A stretch of 64,000 nucleotides of DNA from Mobula hypostoma. Taxonomy: Eukaryota. Shown piece by piece: positions 25,502 to 38,685 of this stretch. Made by a program: the position numbers and the translations under genes. Location of the stretch: the NCBI RefSeq assembly GCF_963921235.1, contig NC_086109.1:17362001-17426000 (forward strand), in the 5' to 3' direction. Position 1 is the stretch's first letter, and the number at the start of each line of letters is the position of its first letter. The notes beneath the pieces were generated by a model. The model saw nothing but the letters and a program-made list of their open reading frames with translations. It searched no databases and was not told where the DNA came from.

Positions 25502-28500
25502 AATGTGAGACATTATTTTTAGTATGTGATCTTCAGTCCTTCCTTTTCTTCCAGAGCTGTGTGTGAGCAGAATGAATAGGGCCAGGAAAAAGCTACATTG
25601 CACTTGGTTTTGATTTGCCATGTGATAAACTCTGCTGGTTCTCTGGCTCAGCTTGCTTTTCCAACTAATCTCTCTAATTTTAATAGTTCATGATCCCAAA
25701 TATCTGCTGATTATAGTGTTTAAATTTACCCGGTGACTGGAAAATACACTCCCCTGTGAAGGGAATTCCAAAAATTTAGTACACTGAGCAAAGGTACTAC
25801 TCAGTCCAATATGTTTGAATCTTTATCTTACAGCAATGAAAAAATACCCTTTCAGTTTATATCCTTTAAAGTACTTTCAAGATCAGTGACATCACCTTTA
25901 ATTTTTCTAAACTCCAGAGGGAATTGGCCCATTCTAATCAATCATGGAACACCCATCTCTTCCCAGAAATCGATATCATAAATTACTTAGTGATAGTAGT
26001 GACAGCCCTATTCTTTCAATGTGTAATATGTTTGCACATGGAATGAAAAGCCCTTTGTTGAAATCTTAGTAAGACCAGTTGCCATATTCCATTTATAAAC
26101 TATTCAATCTTTTATCTTAATTTATTGCATTCCACCTCATTTCCTTTTGTTCACTATTTCTGCATATGTGCATGAAAACACTCCATCATTTCTATATTAT
26201 TTATTGCTTTGGAGCTTTTCAAATATGCACTTATACTTATGATTTGGAGTGTCAGTTTTTTTTTATTGCCTCCCACAGCTTCCTTCAGGTCCTGACTTGT
26301 TAGGTGGCTTGACAAGCTCAAGAGTTCTTTGCAATCTGGCCCAAATGAGCTGTCTTTACATTTGAGTCTGTGCCAGGACTCTGAGCAGATCCTTTCAGTA
26401 TGGTTGGATGACAGAATATGATCCTAACACCAATGCATGTGCTCAGGAGTTCTTTGTGGTGTGTGTCTCATGTATGCAGCAGTCTTGTATTTTCTATGTT
26501 CATTGGAGATCCCTTATTGTAATTTCAACTAATCAGTTGAATTGACACATTAAAAAAAACATTTATAATTGATTGCCCTATCACTATAAAGGGTGAAGTT
26601 ATGATAGGCAGGGTTACATGAGCTAAATTTGTCTCCCCTTGTGTGTATGAAAATCAAAGGTTTAAATGAGTTGCTTAATATGATTAAAGGAGTTGAGGAC
26701 CTATATCTGGGGAGTTGAGAAAATATTAGCGTAAACCTTAAAATTTAATGCCAGGCTGTCAAGAAGCACTTTACATAAAATTTATTGAGAATTTGAAACC
26801 CTCTTCCCAGAGCTTGTTAAGGTTGTGCAGCATTTGAGCACTTAGTGAAATTGATTTTGATGGATGGAGGCACTGGGTATGTGGAACCAAGACAAAGAAT
26901 GGGACTTGAGATATGATCAATAGTGGTCTATCTGGAGGAGGAACTGAAGGGTTGCTTTTGATCGAATGTTCTTATAAAATATAAACTGTTGCGTGCATTA
27001 AGGAAGTAGAATTTAATCTCTATTTCCCTGTGTGATACATTCTTTATCAGGAAGGGGAATTACAGATAGAATTGTTTTCAGTTATTTTGCACACTGTGCG
27101 TCCACATGAAACCTGGTGTTGGTGGGGGACAGTAGGCACGAATTGGGATATGATATGTCAGGCCATTAGATGTGAAAAATTGTTGAAAATGAGAGCTGAA
27201 GAATGTCTGTGGTGTGAATGTGTGTGGGTGTAAGGGAGGTTCAGGATGTTCATATCAACTTTTGCTCAAACAGGCTTTGATGCGGTATATCCAAGATAAT
27301 CTTGCACTGCAAAATGTATTGTTCAGCCAAGGATACTCCCGATAAGTGCAACAGTGTTTGAATAGACACATTCCTGAACTGTCTGAACCAGTTCTGACTC
27401 ATTCTAGGCTACTCTACGTTTTCAACTGACCACACAACACTGTAGCCACAAATTCAGTTGCTCAGTGCTCTTTAACCTTTCCAAGGACTGCAGATCTTTT
27501 GCATTTTTCACATCCCAGATGTTTAACAGCTGCCAAAGTAATTTTCTCGTTCTTTTATCCATCCTTAAATAATCCTTTTTCATTCTTCCTTTTTTATTCT
27601 CGCTTCCAGTTTAGATTTTCAGTTAGTTCCTCCTGCCAATTTTGTAATCGCCATTCATTCCAGACTGAATTTTCAGGTTGATTTTCAAATTTCTAATTGA
27701 TATTGGAAAGTGGAATCAAATAATGGTCTGAAGCTAGGAAAATTACTTACTTACATTAGCAAAACTGCTGGATACACATTTTTTTAAAAACTTGCAGATG
27801 TTTTTGTTTTGTGTCCTCTCTCCTGCCTTCCACTGGGTCCAAGAGGATGTTAGTAAAATTTGAGTTTCTGCAAACCAGAATTCTATGCTAAATTTGCATT
27901 GTCCATCAATTCTTAAGTCATTTAGATTGAGATTGCAAGGTTAATTTTTATATTGGTTAGAGATTCCTTAAATGTTTGAAGATTTTTTAAAAAGCTGGTG
28001 ACGAACAAGGCTATGTTTTCTAATTTTGTTTTTCTTGTAAATTGCCTTATCATTAATATAAGGGGTGTTGGTAATACCAAGACTTTCCAATGTTCCCAAA
28101 ATTTCCAATCTATATACCAGTCCAAGGTCTTTCATATCTTGTATTTGTCCCTGCTTCTATCACTTCCTCTGGCAGCTCATCCACATACCCAGCAAACTCC
28201 AAGTGGAAAAACTTGTCTCTCAATCCCCTTTATATCTTTTCTGTCTGTTGCTGTGTTTCTCTGTATCTCTGTGCGTCTCTGTCTCTCTACCACCACCCCC
28301 CACCAAGTTTTAGATTCCTCCAGGAAACGGTCTGTGACAATGACCATCTACTTTGTTTATGAACTTTGTTATATTGTCTATAATTCATTTATTACCTAAA
28401 CTTAATATCTGTAACATGGTACTGTGCACCTTTTGCTTTGTACCGATTACATCTCAGTTCCAGCCTTGCAGCAAAGGTGTTTTCCACAGCAACCATTCTA

Positions 28501-28559
28501 TCTTGGATTGGATTCCTTGTTCAGTCTAGCCTCATAGTAATCATAAAAATCTCTCTTCA

Positions 28560-29125
28560 CTGAATCAGAATCAGGTTTAATATTACTAGTACATATTGTG
28601 AAATTTGTTGTTTTGCATCAGCAGTGCAGTGCAATACATTAAAAATGCTATAAATTACAATAAGAAGTATATATTAGAAAATTAATTTAAATAAGTAGTG
28701 CAATAAGAGAGCAGGAGTAAGGAAGTAGTGTTCATGGTCTGTTCATAAACCTGTTGGGAGAGGTGAAGAAGCTGTCCTTGAAACGTTGACTATGTTTCTT
28801 CAGGCTTCTGTACCTCCTCTGTGATGGTTGTAATAAGGAGAAAGCATGTCCTGGGTGATGGGCATCACCTTTTGAAGACTCCTCTATTCTGGAGAGGCTA
28901 GTGCCCACGATGGAGCTGTCTGAGATTACAACACTCTATGTAGCCTTTTCCAATCCTGTGTAATGGTCCCTCCATACCAGACAGTAATGCAACCAGTTAA
29001 AATCTTTAGAAACTTGTTTTGTCTTTGGTGACATATCAGATCTTCTCAAACTCCTACTGAAATGTAGCCACTAATGTGCCTTCTTTATAATTGCATCAAT
29101 TTGTTGGTCCCAGGATAGATCTTCA
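28560..29125 (-). mobile_element. Rex1/Babar-like LINE 3' fragment
   Basis: Reverse tail GAATCAGAATCAGGTTTAAT; homologous to 21285-22810. Confidence 0.75.
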
Positions 29126-29154
29126 CTGTACTCTCTTTTGTTTGTGCTCGACAG

Positions 29155-29466
29155 GAGGCTCTGGAGTCGTGTCTTACCCGGATAACCAAGTTGGAACTTC
29201 AGCAGCAACAGCAGCAGGTGGTGCAGCTGGAGGGTGTGGAGAACGCTAACGCACGGGCACTTCTGGGCAAATTCATCAATGTCATCCTAGCACTCATGGC
29301 TGTCATATTGGTGTTCGTCTCCACCATTGCCAACTTCATCACTCCTCTCATGAAGACACGATTCCGGGTTCTAAGCACACTACTACTAGTGCTGTTCCTT
29401 GTTTCTCTGTGGAAGCAATGGGACAATATTGTATACTTCTCAGAACAGATCTGGTTGCCCAGTTGA
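29155..29466 (+). CDS. TMCC2: TMCC2 last coding exon (two C-terminal TM helices, stop TGA)
   Basis: Acceptor ctcgacag|GAG. Encodes [50 protein letters not shown]...WLPS*. Confidence 0.95.
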   Translation, partial: EALESCLTRITKLELQQQQQQVVQLEGVENANARALLGKFINVILALMAVILVFVSTIANFITPLMKTRFRVLSTLLLVLFLVSLWKQWDNIVYFSEQIWLPS

Positions 29467-32400
29467 TCTCAATACATTTAATAACTGGCGGATGGCGCAG
29501 TTTTTTTTTAAACAAGGTTTTTGGAACTTGTTAATTTTCTCTTCTCGTCCACTGCCTTTGCCACTTCTCGTTGAAAACATGTTCAGTTTATGGGCACGTG
29601 CAACTGTGCAATTTGTGACAAGATGGAGCCCCGACAAAAGGCAGAAGACAGCTGATTAAACCTCTCCTTTTTTGTAGAAGGTTTTAATCGAAAAGGCTCT
29701 GAGAAATTGTTTGCACGTACACTGATGCAAGCAATGAAGGAATGCAATATGTGGAAGACATTGCTCTCACTGTACTGTACCATTTCAGTATTTTTATTTG
29801 TTTTCTTGTTAACTTATAACAAATATTTAATTTTTTTGAGGGAGGAGCAGGGAAAGAAAATGTATTGTTTGCGTGAGTGCTTATATATTTATTATAACTA
29901 ATATACATTCGGTTATATAGCAAGAATGGTTTGCAAAATCCCTTAAACTTAACCACATTGCACATTCCTGTTTATGTGAAGCAATCTGTGAAACTCATTC
30001 AAGATAATTTTTAAGGCACTCGGTGGAGAACTGTCGGAGATAATTTTGTTGGACAGCTCCAGTAACCAGTGAAGGAAATTTCATTTGGGAATGTTTGCAA
30101 TGAAATCGTTAGAATATTGGAGGAAAATTCTTAGATGCTCTTGGCAATGCATTATTCCTGCAATGGACCATTTCTTTTAGTTTAAATTTTCCAGCGTTGC
30201 ATTCTTCTCAATATACTTGTTTGCTGCTGCCAGTGATCAGTGCACTGGCTCAGAATGAAGTGGTAAGCGGGTGCATTACTGAATATTGAACGTAGGAAGT
30301 CTAGGGATCTCTCTTCAGTAGGAAGTAGGTACATTTATAACATGTTGAAAAACATTTGAGTGTGTCATTAGGAATTAAGACCATCATGGTAAATGCTACT
30401 AATTAAATTATTTACATTTTTAAACGCATTTAAGTACAATAGTTTATTGCACTTTGTTCTCCCCACTAACACATAGCATTTGGTCTGTTAACTTGGCAGT
30501 GGCCTTGCCCTATGACCATATTGAATCCAGTGCTTAAAAGCAAGAGGAGCTTGTTGGGATAGAGATTAAAATTGCACAAGGTAGATTCCACCCCCATCCC
30601 ATGCTGCAGCAATGCCATATTGTTGCAGGGTATGTTAGTGCTGTGTGTGTGAATGAGTGAGTGATGTAAGTGATGCTTGAGAACTTCATCGGAACGTAGT
30701 GATTTTTTTCCAGCCTTTTTCTTTGAGTTTGTTTTTAAAATATTTTTATTTGTAAGCAGCATTTGGAGGAAGAGCAGAAGAGTATTCCCCTCCCCAAAGC
30801 AGCAACTAAATAAACAATACCTGATAGATCAATGTCGATCACCTTTTTGCTTTCTACCCCTTTATCCTCTTATTTTATTTTCACAGACCATTGTGAACAA
30901 AGGGTGAGCAAATGCCTTAATGGATTGATTATTTTATATCAGTAAACATGAAGTGAGGAACACAATGCAACACTGTAAGGGAGAGGTCCAGTGTAGCAAC
31001 GTAAGAAGGAGATCGTGGCATGAACCTACACAGCAAGCAAAATCGTTACATGTAAGCCATAAAATGGGCTGCAGAACAATCACATGGCTGTTTCCCATTA
31101 AAAGCAAGCAGATTCTAAATCAAACCACCAACCACACATTTGGTGAAGAAAGTGCTTCTGCCATTTTAATCTCATCCAACTATGTGGAGGTCACTTTTTT
31201 TTTTGCCCTATTTCACATTCTTCTATCCTGGTGACCTATGGTTTTATTGGTGTTTAATGCTGACTCATAATTCCAATGAGTGTGCACTGTTTGCACAACG
31301 GCACATTGGATGGAGTAAGGGAAGGCAGCTGTGATAAGATTCCTCCATCACAAAATTGATAATTAGCTGAAAGTATCAATAACTATGCTAGATGGAATGC
31401 AGGGGGAAAAAATTCCCAAAGACTACCACATCTCAACACTTGCTTTTCTGCTTTAGTCAGAACATGCAGCCTGTTTGTTAGTGCCAGATGTGGTTAAGAT
31501 GGTAGTAATGTTATTTGAGTCAGTGCACAAAGAGACAGGGTGGCGTTGTTGGGTGAGACCTGCCACCTCATGTTGGTGGGCATGAGCATTTTATGTCACT
31601 CATTCAGGAGGAAGTAGAGATCTTTTCCTACTATCCTAGCCGACGTTAAGTAGCATTAGGACAGCTTATTTTCTGCCTGTTATCAAATTGCAGTTTACGG
31701 TTCAGTTTGCAAAATGTCTGCTGAGTTTCCTTTATTTTTATAAGTATTTCTACAATTTTATTACTTCATCTGTATGAAGGGCACTGTGAAAATGCAAATC
31801 TTGCACAAAAGGCATTATACTAATTTGATAAGATATGTTAACTTAAGCAGGGTCCAGTGTTACTAGAACTAGGTGTATAGGCTCAGTGGCCTGAAAATCA
31901 ATGGGATTGGAAGTAATTTGCTGGAATCTGCCTGGGCTGTGTTCATTGTTATTATGAAGGCTGAGTGTGCAAATATATTAGACAGTACAGCTCTCAACTC
32001 AAATAAAGGAGAAGATCCCAGATTTATTTGCCAAATTGTAATGTAGCAGCAAGGGTGGTAGGAAGACCCAAACTGGCTTCAGTTGGGGAAGGGGAAGGGA
32101 AATCGGATATGGTTCTGTCTGCTGACCCATATTTAACAACTTCTGCATGCGTTCACATGCTGAGGTCGAGTGAGACTCCACTGGGCTAAATCCACAACTG
32201 AGCAGCATTCCTGTTGTGCCTTTGGGGCTGGTGCACAGGAATGATAGCTTGAGCAAGGTTGAGAGCAAAACTGTGTCAAAGCAAAGAGTCTATGTTAAAG
32301 CAGGGAAGCAGAGAAAATGAAAGCAGAAGAGCGAGAGACTTTAAAAAATATGAAATTAAATAGTTTAATCTGCTTATACTGCAATTAAACCCTATCACAG

Positions 32401-34910
32401 CATATTTGGTGCTAGTATAATGTGTGAGGATGTGGTGTCAGCGGGGTCTAACTAATCCATCAGTAATACACTTTGTATAACAGGAAGGGCGATATTGCAA
32501 GGTAATATGCTGTTAACACAATTGAAGTTCTCACCATTTAGGAAGGGATGTGCTTTCCTGTATGGGAACATCATGAGGAAAAAGGAGTGTACAGCATGAA
32601 GGTCATTTTCAAATCTCCAGTGTAACAAGACGTGTTTTAATATATGAAAAAATGATATAGGGGTGTTTAATTTCTAATTTGTTTGACAAATTTATAATGT
32701 TTATTTTTCCAGTTTTAATTCCCAGATGTACATTTACTAAGGAAGCTGATTTTGTAAACTTCACTATACCATTGCTCTCCTGACAACAGTGATATTAAAA
32801 TACTTCTGATAAGAGCATCTAATTATAATATGGCAAGTTTACCTGGGTGTTTCCATCAATAATGGCCATAGGGATTTGAATTGAAAACTTAAGGACAAAC
32901 TTAAAATATGGGATTGAATTATGCTTGCATGGCTTGGTCCATTTATCATCATTCCCAACACCATGGGACAGTGATCAGTGAAATACGTACATTAAAATAA
33001 TTCAGAATAATGTTCAAGTAAACAGATTACTGGAACTAAGAATTACAAGTAGGTTGTATAGAATAAGATGATCACTGTCCCACTTTTTCATGTTAATAAT
33101 TACTAGTCCTAAAGGACCATGATTTAAAACTTGGCATTTGGTTTTGTTAGTTTGAAACTGGCAAATCTCTCCTTTCACTTCAGGTGCCAAGAGCCGAGTC
33201 CGTAACCCATCACATTACATTCCTTATGATTATATTTAAACCAATGAACCAGTTACCTGTTAAAGTAAATTGTTATGCATGATAGAAATCTGAAGCAGAA
33301 ATGGAAAATTCGGGAAAAGTACACTGGTCTGTCAGACATCTCAGAAGTGAACAGACAAGTTAGATTCTGGGTTATGAAACTTTAAAATGTGAAGATTAAG
33401 TTGCAGGCAGGCATGTTAATAGCTTCAGAAAAATGGGGAAGGGGTCAAATATACATTCACAGGCAAATTGCATGAAGAAGTGTGATTGGAATAATAGAAT
33501 AGATTTGTATTTTATCATTTCATTCCTGATGAGCCTTTGAATTTGTAAGTGTATATTTGTTCTTATGTCAACCCTTCCCACTTTTTCTAATTGGGTTTTC
33601 ACATATTCCTTATGTCTTCGAAAAATGATCAACAGTATATTCAAAATGAAAAATCAATAAAAACGTATGTTCTAAATCTTACCTACTCTCTCTGGGGAAC
33701 TCCACAATTTTCTCTTTCTGGTTAAGTTAGTTACTGGGATTTAGTTTTGAATCTTTCAGAAAATAGTGATTCATGATAAAACTTCAGAAAATGAGATAGG
33801 TTGTTGTAAAGTCCATCGTCAAAGCACCAAACTGTCTGTGTGATTTGGTGTATGGACAGATTCTAATTTTGCACAGCAGCAGCAAATGATGCTAGTAATT
33901 CAAATGCAAATGCATCTTCACTGCAAATAGTATGCCGTGGATATGGTTATGAAGCGGATGAGAGCTAAGTGAACAGGAAAAGTGTCATGCTGTAATTGCA
34001 AATCTAAGAACTTTTGGATGGATGCTATTTCACAATTTTTGTATTTGCAATTTTGACACAGCCATTAAAATTTTCAAGTGTTGATAGTCATATAATGAAG
34101 TTTGTTAGACACAAAGTTAAAAACCAAAGTTTTCATTGTAGAAATGATTCCACGTTGGGGAAAATTTCTGCCATCACGTAGTGAACTTGTAAATATTTCC
34201 CACGTATGTGATTTTAAAAATTGCTCTATAATAATGGAATTCATTCCTCCTTAAGTATCAGCCGCTAGACAAATAATTTGATTATTCACCTTTTCAAATT
34301 TAAGAGTATTGTACTTTGAAATTTACTGCCACTTCCTGAATGGAGCTCTCCTTGAGAATCTTCAGCTCTTGCACCATCAAGCACTTTACACGGGCAGAAT
34401 AGACCTTTGTAGTAATCTGTCAAAAAGAAATGCGCTATTACATTGGCGCGCAAATGCAGGAGGTAAACGATCCTGGTTTGGGAGAATAGCCTCTGTGTGC
34501 TGTACTGTATTATCATTGTTGCACTGGACTATACTATGAAAAAACATGGCTAAGAGTTTGAATGCACAGGTCCTGATGCTCCTCCATTCTACTGAAGCAA
34601 GCTGTCTTACTCCAGTGGCAGACTGGTGGACCTCCAATTTTCGGGGGTCTGTTATTTCACTGGTTCTCTGAATGTCATGTTATTTACATTAAACAGTGTC
34701 ACTAACGGAGGAAGAGCAGCATATCTACCATTGATTGCAACTTGTGTTATTAACACTTTACCTTAATGTGGAGAGAATAAGTTATGGATCACAATATAAC
34801 GCCTAGTTTATTTTGTTAGTAGGAGTCTCTGGTAACTAACCAGAGTTAGTTATTTATGAGTGTATGAAAGAAAACCAGTCTTTCAATTGAAATAAAAAGG
34901 ATGGCTCCCT
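29467..34910 (+). other. TMCC2: Putative long TMCC2 3' UTR
   Basis: About 5.4 kb almost free of recognisable TEs, with AU-rich blocks. AATAAA at 33656 and 34891, the latter followed by U-rich sequence; TEs resume from ~35070. Confidence 0.55.
34891..34896 (+). promoter_or_regulatory. Candidate polyadenylation signal
   Basis: AATAAA followed by GT/T-rich sequence (TATGTTTTATTTTTT) at the end of the TE-poor block. Confidence 0.45.
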
Positions 34911-35067
34911 GCAAATGGTATGTTTTATTTTTTTACATGTATTTTAATATTACCTTTTATGCCTTATGAGCTGGCTCCCGATGCCAAGGTCCCAGTTGAA
35001 AAGAGCTCATGATCAGCATAAACAGAAGGTGGTGTTGGAAATCGAGAGTACATTTTATTTCCTCCTT

Positions 35068-35440
35068 AGAGGGTCATCATCTTGTTGTGCTGGAGAGGCT
35101 TGTGAGTTTCTGAGATCCCAAGAGCAATGCTGTCTGGTGTTTAGCTCCTGGTAGGGTCACCCATGGTGGTTAGGTCAATTGGGAGTTTCCAGACTAAAAC
35201 CTCCACAGAGGAGTTGGCAGAAGATGACACATCACAACGGAAGTGAAGACAGAGGAAGGCTGCAGCAGTGAAGGGTCCCCTGTCATCTTGCATTCCATAC
35301 CACTGGACCCTTATCCTGACCTGTCAAAGACCATGTGGTGGCTGCCCATGATCAGCCTTCACACTCTTAACAATATTACGCACAGACGTTCTCCGTTAAC
35401 AGAATAGCCCCCTAGGAGAACGTCATACTGGACTTTAGTG
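35068..35440 (+). mobile_element. RTE 5'-UTR-like non-coding repeat
   Basis: CTTGTTGTG..GAGGCTTG...GGTAGGGTCACCCATGG; homologous to 62660-63040 and, in part, to 40530-40742. Confidence 0.55.
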
Positions 35441-36394
35441 TCACATGACATTTTATTTGCGGTGTATCCCCGATCTGTGGTGGAAAAATGTGGTTTGCTT
35501 TAGTTCAACGACCTTTGCTCCATGCCAGTGATTCCCTGTCCCTGCAAAAATAACGGAGATTAGGCATGATCAGTTTTCTGGCTGGACTAATGTTGTATCT
35601 TTCTGTTATATATGGCCACTTTCTAGTATAGAGAACCATGAAGAATGCATGACCTGCTATATTTTAATCTCGCTGTAGCCAAGGAAATTAATTTTTTTTA
35701 ATTTAAAATTTCAACAAAAAGCACTCCCCTTCAACTACTTCCTTTTTGTGTTTAACTTAGTACCCAAAAAGCTCTGTTATGTCCCTCTTGAGGCAAGGCT
35801 ACAATGTGAGAGCTGATCCCGTTCAAAGACAACCGTGTGTATTAAAATCTATTTGCTGTTCACATGGAATTACAAGACAGTTTGCTTCAGTTGCACAAAC
35901 GAAGTAATAGAACACGTTTATGAAGTGGATTACAACAGTTGTGCAGGATTTAGAACACAGAGTTACAGCCCAATTCAGCCCACCTATCTTCTGCTGACCT
36001 TTTAGCTTACTCTAAGATTAATCTAACCCTTCTTTCCACATAGCCCTCTGTTTTTCTATCATCCATGTGCCTATCTAAGAGTCTTAAATGTCTCAAATGT
36101 ATCTGGCTCTACCACCACCCCGGCACACAATTCATGCACCCACCACTCTGTGTGTGTGTAAATTTTTTTTAAAATCCTCAGAAATCAACCCCCCACCAAA
36201 CTTTCCTACAATCACCTTAAAATTATGCCCCCCTTCTTTACTAATGTTGCCCTTACTAATTAAGAACCTATGACCCTTCCTTTTAAGTATACTCGCCAGT
36301 GCCAATTAAAACCTGAATATAAAATATATACAAATACAAAACTGGCTAAAACTAGTGGATATCTAAAAAGTACAAAACCATCTAGTCAAATGTG

Positions 36395-37080
36395 CAATAA
36401 GGCAAAGGAGATGGTGATGAACTTTAGGAAGACTAATCCTGCATTTTTCCCTATTACTATTGATGGTGAGGACCTACAAGAACCTGGGGGTGCACCTGGA
36501 TGACAGGCTTGGGTGGAGCATCAACACAGAGGCTGCATACAAGAAGGGCCAGCGTCACCTCCACTTCCTGAGGAGACAGGTCTGTTGGAGTATGCAGGTC
36601 TCTCCTTCATATATTCTACCAGTCCGTTGTTGCCAGTACAATCTTCTATGTGTGGTGTGCTGGGGCAAAGGTATCAACATGGGTGCTGCTAACAGGCTCA
36701 ATAAGCTGATTAGAAAGGCCAGCTCTGTTATCAGAGTCAAACTGGACAAGCTGGAGGGTGTGGTAAAACAAAGGACCCTACGGAAAATCCTGGCAATTCT
36801 GGACATTGTTTCTCACCCTCTGCATGCCACCTTGGCTGAACAGAGGAGCACTTGTAACAATAGACTAAGACAGCTATGTGAGGTCATTCTTGCCCTCAGT
36901 CATTAAGCTTAAATGAGTCATCCTATAGCCAGGAAGTTGATGGCCTCCTCCTGTTTGACTGAGGTAACTTTTTTTTATTCTTTCTTGCTTCTCTCCTAAT
37001 ATTTGTATATCTGTGCAATTGTAATGCTACCGTGACACTGGGATTTCCTTTGGGATCAATGAAGAATCTAGCTATCTACA
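36395..37080 (+). mobile_element. Rex1/Babar LINE 3' fragment
   Basis: YKNLGVHLDDRLGWS.NT...NRLNKLIRKA is homologous to the 13197-14048 ORF; tail GGGATCAATGAAG..TCTA.CTATCTA. Confidence 0.78.
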
Positions 37081-38319
37081 AGTAGATTAAGCCTATCCAG
37101 TTTTAATACTGTATAAACAATTTTCCTGTACTTGTTCTCTCCCACAACAGAGAACATGTGTGGAACTTGCACTGTTTCCTCGAGACACTTTTATTGATTG
37201 AAGGGCAAAGTCCACTGTGTTGCATTAAAGAATATAGAAGCCTAAAGGTTATGTGTAACAAATGCTAATTCTATGGAAGTCGCAACTCCTTCAGCCGTTA
37301 AACTAACTGTAATCCACCACAATACTCTTTGTGTGATACAAGGTCCAAAGTTTATTTTGTTACTTAATAAGATAACCTGAGGTTAAATTATACCATTGTG
37401 CACTATTGATTGAATTATTCAATTGCTTGCATTGACACGCCCTTAACGTATGCTGACTGTTAAGCCATGTCGGGCACCTGCTTCATGTTTTATTGTCTCA
37501 CCAGCTCCAGGGAAGAAGCTTGTAAAAACTCTGACTGTTTCTGTAGAGTTTATAGGTACTTCCAGTGTAAATGGTGATAGTATGTAGCAATTGGAGTAGT
37601 TCCAATGCTATCATTTCAAGGTTATACCTATTTAAAATTGTTTTCTCTTACTTACTTGTTACATGATATTTATTACTCAAAAGCAATTCTTACGGATGCT
37701 TTTCCACAAGCCCCAAACTACTCAAGACTTATCTGTATATGAAATATGTATAGATTTTTATTTTTTAAGGAATATTTGGCTGTGTGGTGGAGTCGTAAGA
37801 ATGGTGTAATCAGGGTGCAGAGCACAAGATGTATTGCATTTTTTTAGGCCACCCAGAGATCCATTCTATGTGCAGTTCACTGTGCATGAATTTATTCCTG
37901 ATTATCAGTCCTAAAATTAGGCATTAATTGTTTGAATAAGTTCTTTGTTTACCAGAGATGGCTTCAAAGTATGTGTTAATATAACAAAGTTTATCAGGGT
38001 TTCAAACAAGAGCAATCTACAGATGTTGGAAATCCAAGCAACACACACAAAATACTGGAGGATCTCAGCAGGCCAGGCAGCATCTATGGAAACGAGTACA
38101 GTTGACATTTCAGGCCAAGGCACTTTAGCCAAGGTTTCAGGGGTTATCAGGATTTCTACAGTTTTGACCTTCAGCATTTCAATGTTTCTCCACTTCCAGT
38201 CCTATGCTAATCCCATGTAGATCATTTAATTCTAAGCGTGTGTTGACGACTTTGCATCACCTTGGGCTGCCGTTGGGATACGGTGTTAGACCAGTGCAAG
38301 ATCCCAATCCTGTTTCGCT

Positions 38320-38685
38320 TGTTGAGATATACAAAATTATGAGGGGTATAGATAGGGTAAACACCTGTAAGCTTTTCCCCCGAGGTTGGGTGAGACTACA
38401 AGTAGAGATCATAGGCTTTGGGTGAAAGATTAAATATTTAAGGGGAACCTGAGGGGGGAGCTTCACTCAAGGTGCTATGAGTCTGGAACGAGCTGCCAGA
38501 GGAAGTGGTGAATGTGTATTCAATTGCAGTACTCAAGAGAAACTTGGATAGGTACTTGGATGAGAGAAATATGGAGAGCTATTGTCCGGATGTGAACTGA
38601 TTGGACTAGGCATAACAACAGGTCATCACAGACTAGTTGAATTGAAGAGTTTGCTTTTGTGCTGTAGTACTTTGTGACTAAGTGA
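38320..38685 (+). mobile_element. CR1 3' fragment
   Basis: LVEIYKIMRGIDRV remnant followed by a CR1-type tail. Confidence 0.65.
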
